Part shown: positions 61,517 to 64,000 of the stretch, piece by piece | How positions within the stretch are numbered: position 1 is the stretch's first letter | Layout: the number at the start of each line of letters is the position of its first letter | DNA from: Azolla caroliniana | Lineage: Eukaryota > Plantae > Polypodiophyta | NCBI GenBank assembly: GCA_043228905.1 | Contig: JBHGNT010000009.1 | Location: 21,700,001-21,764,000, forward strand | DNA: 64,000 nucleotides | Reading direction: 5' to 3' | The notes under the pieces: model-generated | Databases searched by the model: none | Seen by the model: only the letters and a program-made list of their open reading frames with translations | Told to the model about the DNA's origin: nothing | Position numbers and translations under genes: made by a program

Positions 61517-64000
61517 GTATAGGATTAGATAGATCCAAGACTCGTTGGCCAATTGCCGAGTATACGTTGTCGTAGTGTAATTCGCACACTATGAGAAAAT
61601 TGCATTTTTTTCCCTCCGGATGGGACAAGGAGGAATCGGTAAAGAAGAATCGGTGAGAACCAGATGAAGGAGGAAGTAGTAAAGAAGAACCGATGAGAAT
61701 TGGATGAAGGAGGAACCGGTAAAGAAGAAGCGGTGAGAACCGGATGAAGGAGGAATTAGTAAGGACCGGACCCAGTAAGGAGAACCGGATGAAGAAGGCC
61801 GGTGAGAGTCTCTCACCGGATGAAGAGACATATTTGTAAATAGAAGAAAGTATAAATATATATATTACATGCATAGGGCAAGATTCAAACCTTGCACCTC
61901 CATGTTTGTAATGTAAAGCCTTACCATTACACTAATATATCATTAGTGTTAAAACAAAGTAAACGTCCCACATAGAAAGGTAAGTTCACCCTAGGATAAA
62001 CTTTAGTTAGAAGAAAATGCATGATAAAAGAAAAAGCTATGCATGCACATGTAGGGTGCATGAAAACCATAATCGATACAAACGCATCAAATTAGAAAAA
62101 GTAGGATCACTTTAGAAAAAGTATAAAGTCTATCTATAGAAAAAGCATGGATTGTTAAAGACTCTCTCATCACTATATAAGGATGAGGAGCACAATGTAA
62201 TAGTGTGTGAAATACTTGGAAATTGGATATATTTCCTAAAACACCAATTAATATAATATATTCATGGGATCCATGAATTTGTGATCAAAATTGTCTCTTA
62301 CTATCTAAATATTGATTAAATACACTAAACTTGTGGGATTCACGAGATTGATAACTTACCTGTTTTTCTACCTATTCATTTCTAGCCTTCTCTGATATTC
62401 TTCTTTCTCGTAGTCCAAAACCTCAACGGTTCCCGCCCGACTCACGCAACGATCCGACGCCGAAAGGCACGACAACGTACATGGGTCTGAGTTTGATTGG
62501 TGGTATCCAAGCTGCTTGATGTAGGAGTCGAACTTTTGGTACCACATCCTTGGTGCTTGTCTTAAACCATAAAGGCTTTTCTTCAATCGACATACGAGGT
62601 GACTTTCCTCCCATGTCACTGTGAAGCCTGCTGGATAAGACATCTAAATGTCTTCTTCCAGATCTCCCTATAGGAATGTTGTCTTTACGTCCATCTTCTC
62701 AAGCTCTAGGTCTTTTGTCGCCACGACCCTACTAGGAGCCGAAGGGTGGTCATCTTGACTACAGGTGAGAATATCTCGTCGTAGTCGACCCCGTGTTCTT
62801 ATTTGAACCCCTTCACGATGAGCCGAGCTTTGTATTTGGGCTTCTCTGAGTTAGATTGATATTTGTACCTGGAAACCTATTTGCAAGGTAGCAACTTCCT
62901 TTCAGTTGGTTGTTCGACCATCTCTCATGTCCGATTCTGATGAATCGAATCCATTTCGGATTTCATGGCTTGTAGTCATGAGGTAGCAGCTTCCTTTCAA
63001 TTGGTTGTTCGACCATCTCTCATGTTCGATTCTGATGAATCGAATCCATTTCAGATTTCATGGCTTGTAGTCATGAGGTAGCGGCTTCCTTTCAGTTGGT
63101 TGTTCGACCATCTCTCATGTCCGATTCTGATGAATCGAATCCATTTCGGATTTCATGGCTTGTAGTCATGAGTCGGCATCTAATGCGGCTATAGATTCTT
63201 CGTATGTGCTTGGTTTGCTTGCATCGGTGTAGTTGATGTAGTCGAGACCCGATTGATAAAACTTTTTTGGTCTTCTAACTCATCCAGATCTCCTGGGTGC
63301 CAAATGGATCGGTTCAGATCCTTCGATCGGTTATGTCGGTCAATCGGCATTTACCACTTATGTCAGGAGTCCTGTTGGATGACTCACCCTTGTAATAGGA
63401 GTTCAGCGATGTCACATCACCCTCCCCTGCTCCAGGATTGATTGACTTGAAGATAGGATTCTTAACCAACTCATGTCGACTTTTCCCCTTACCCTTTTTG
63501 GTGTGGTAGTCGAATCGACTCTGTCTCTATCAATTTTGTCGTTTTCGACTAGCACCTTGTTGGGTTTTGTCAATTTCTTAATGAAATCCATTTCGACTAC
63601 ACGACCTCTTTTGGATTCAGCGATGTCACATCACCCTCCCCTGCTCCAGGATTGATTGACTTGAAGATAGGATTCTTAACCAACTCACGTCGGCTTTTCC
63701 CATTACCCTTTTTGGTGTGGTAGTTGAATCGACTCTATCTCTATCAATTTTGTCGTTTTCGACTAGCACCTTGTCGGCTTTTGTCAATTTCTTAATCAAA
63801 TCTATTTTGATTACACGACCTCTTTTGGATTCGGAGTCCACAGGTGTGGTGTCAACGTGGTCGATTTTGACTGTTTGTCGAATCTCTGATTCAACCTGGT
63901 GGGTTGGTCTTTCTACGACTTCTTTGTCGATTTCGAAGGAGACCTTTTCGCTCACTATTTTCTACTTGTTCCGTTGAGAGAGAATATAGTCTTCATTGAA
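61516..64000 (-). mobile_element. Degenerate copia RT-region fragment M with internal tandem duplications
   Basis: CRLKKSLYGLRQAPRMWYQKFD, SDPCTYTRQLANESWIYLILY (split by G). Three 95-bp copies at 62896-63170 and two copies of about 214 bp at 63402-63830. Confidence 0.88.
61568..62474 (+). mobile_element. Solo LTR G, same family as the LTRs of element E
   Basis: Reverse-complement match to 26038-26884. Perfect 4-bp TSD ACGT. Extra 39-bp-unit minisatellite at about 61616-61830. Confidence 0.92.

Noticed and set aside
59982-61575. Intact functional P450 as given by the ORF track
   Set aside because: The anchor is separated by an LTR and the last codons are copia- and LTR-derived, so the normal C-terminus is missing.

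Overview
Eukaryotic DNA, almost certainly a land plant and probably a non-seed plant such as a fern (inference from the transposon lineages). Most of the window is a nest of LTR retrotransposons. A decayed chromodomain Ty3/gypsy element (3562-40947) holds insertions up to four levels deep. There are two very young Ty1/copia copies: 46964-52394 is intact with identical LTRs, and 33462-39031 has one nonsense codon. Older copia, gypsy and LINE relics and several solo LTRs fill the rest. The only host gene is a CYP71-clan cytochrome P450 (59103-61516), split by a solo LTR in its membrane anchor and cut off after the heme motif. The most striking signal is a tRNA-Trp-primed gypsy group with eight insertions here. 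Every readable target site is a 4-bp CpG-centred word, mostly ACGT. The group includes one pol-bearing member and three pol-less members that carry gag plus a conserved unknown repeat protein. Two of its LTR families contain outward-facing tRNA-like A-box/B-box modules. All alignments were done by eye; lineage names are tentative.
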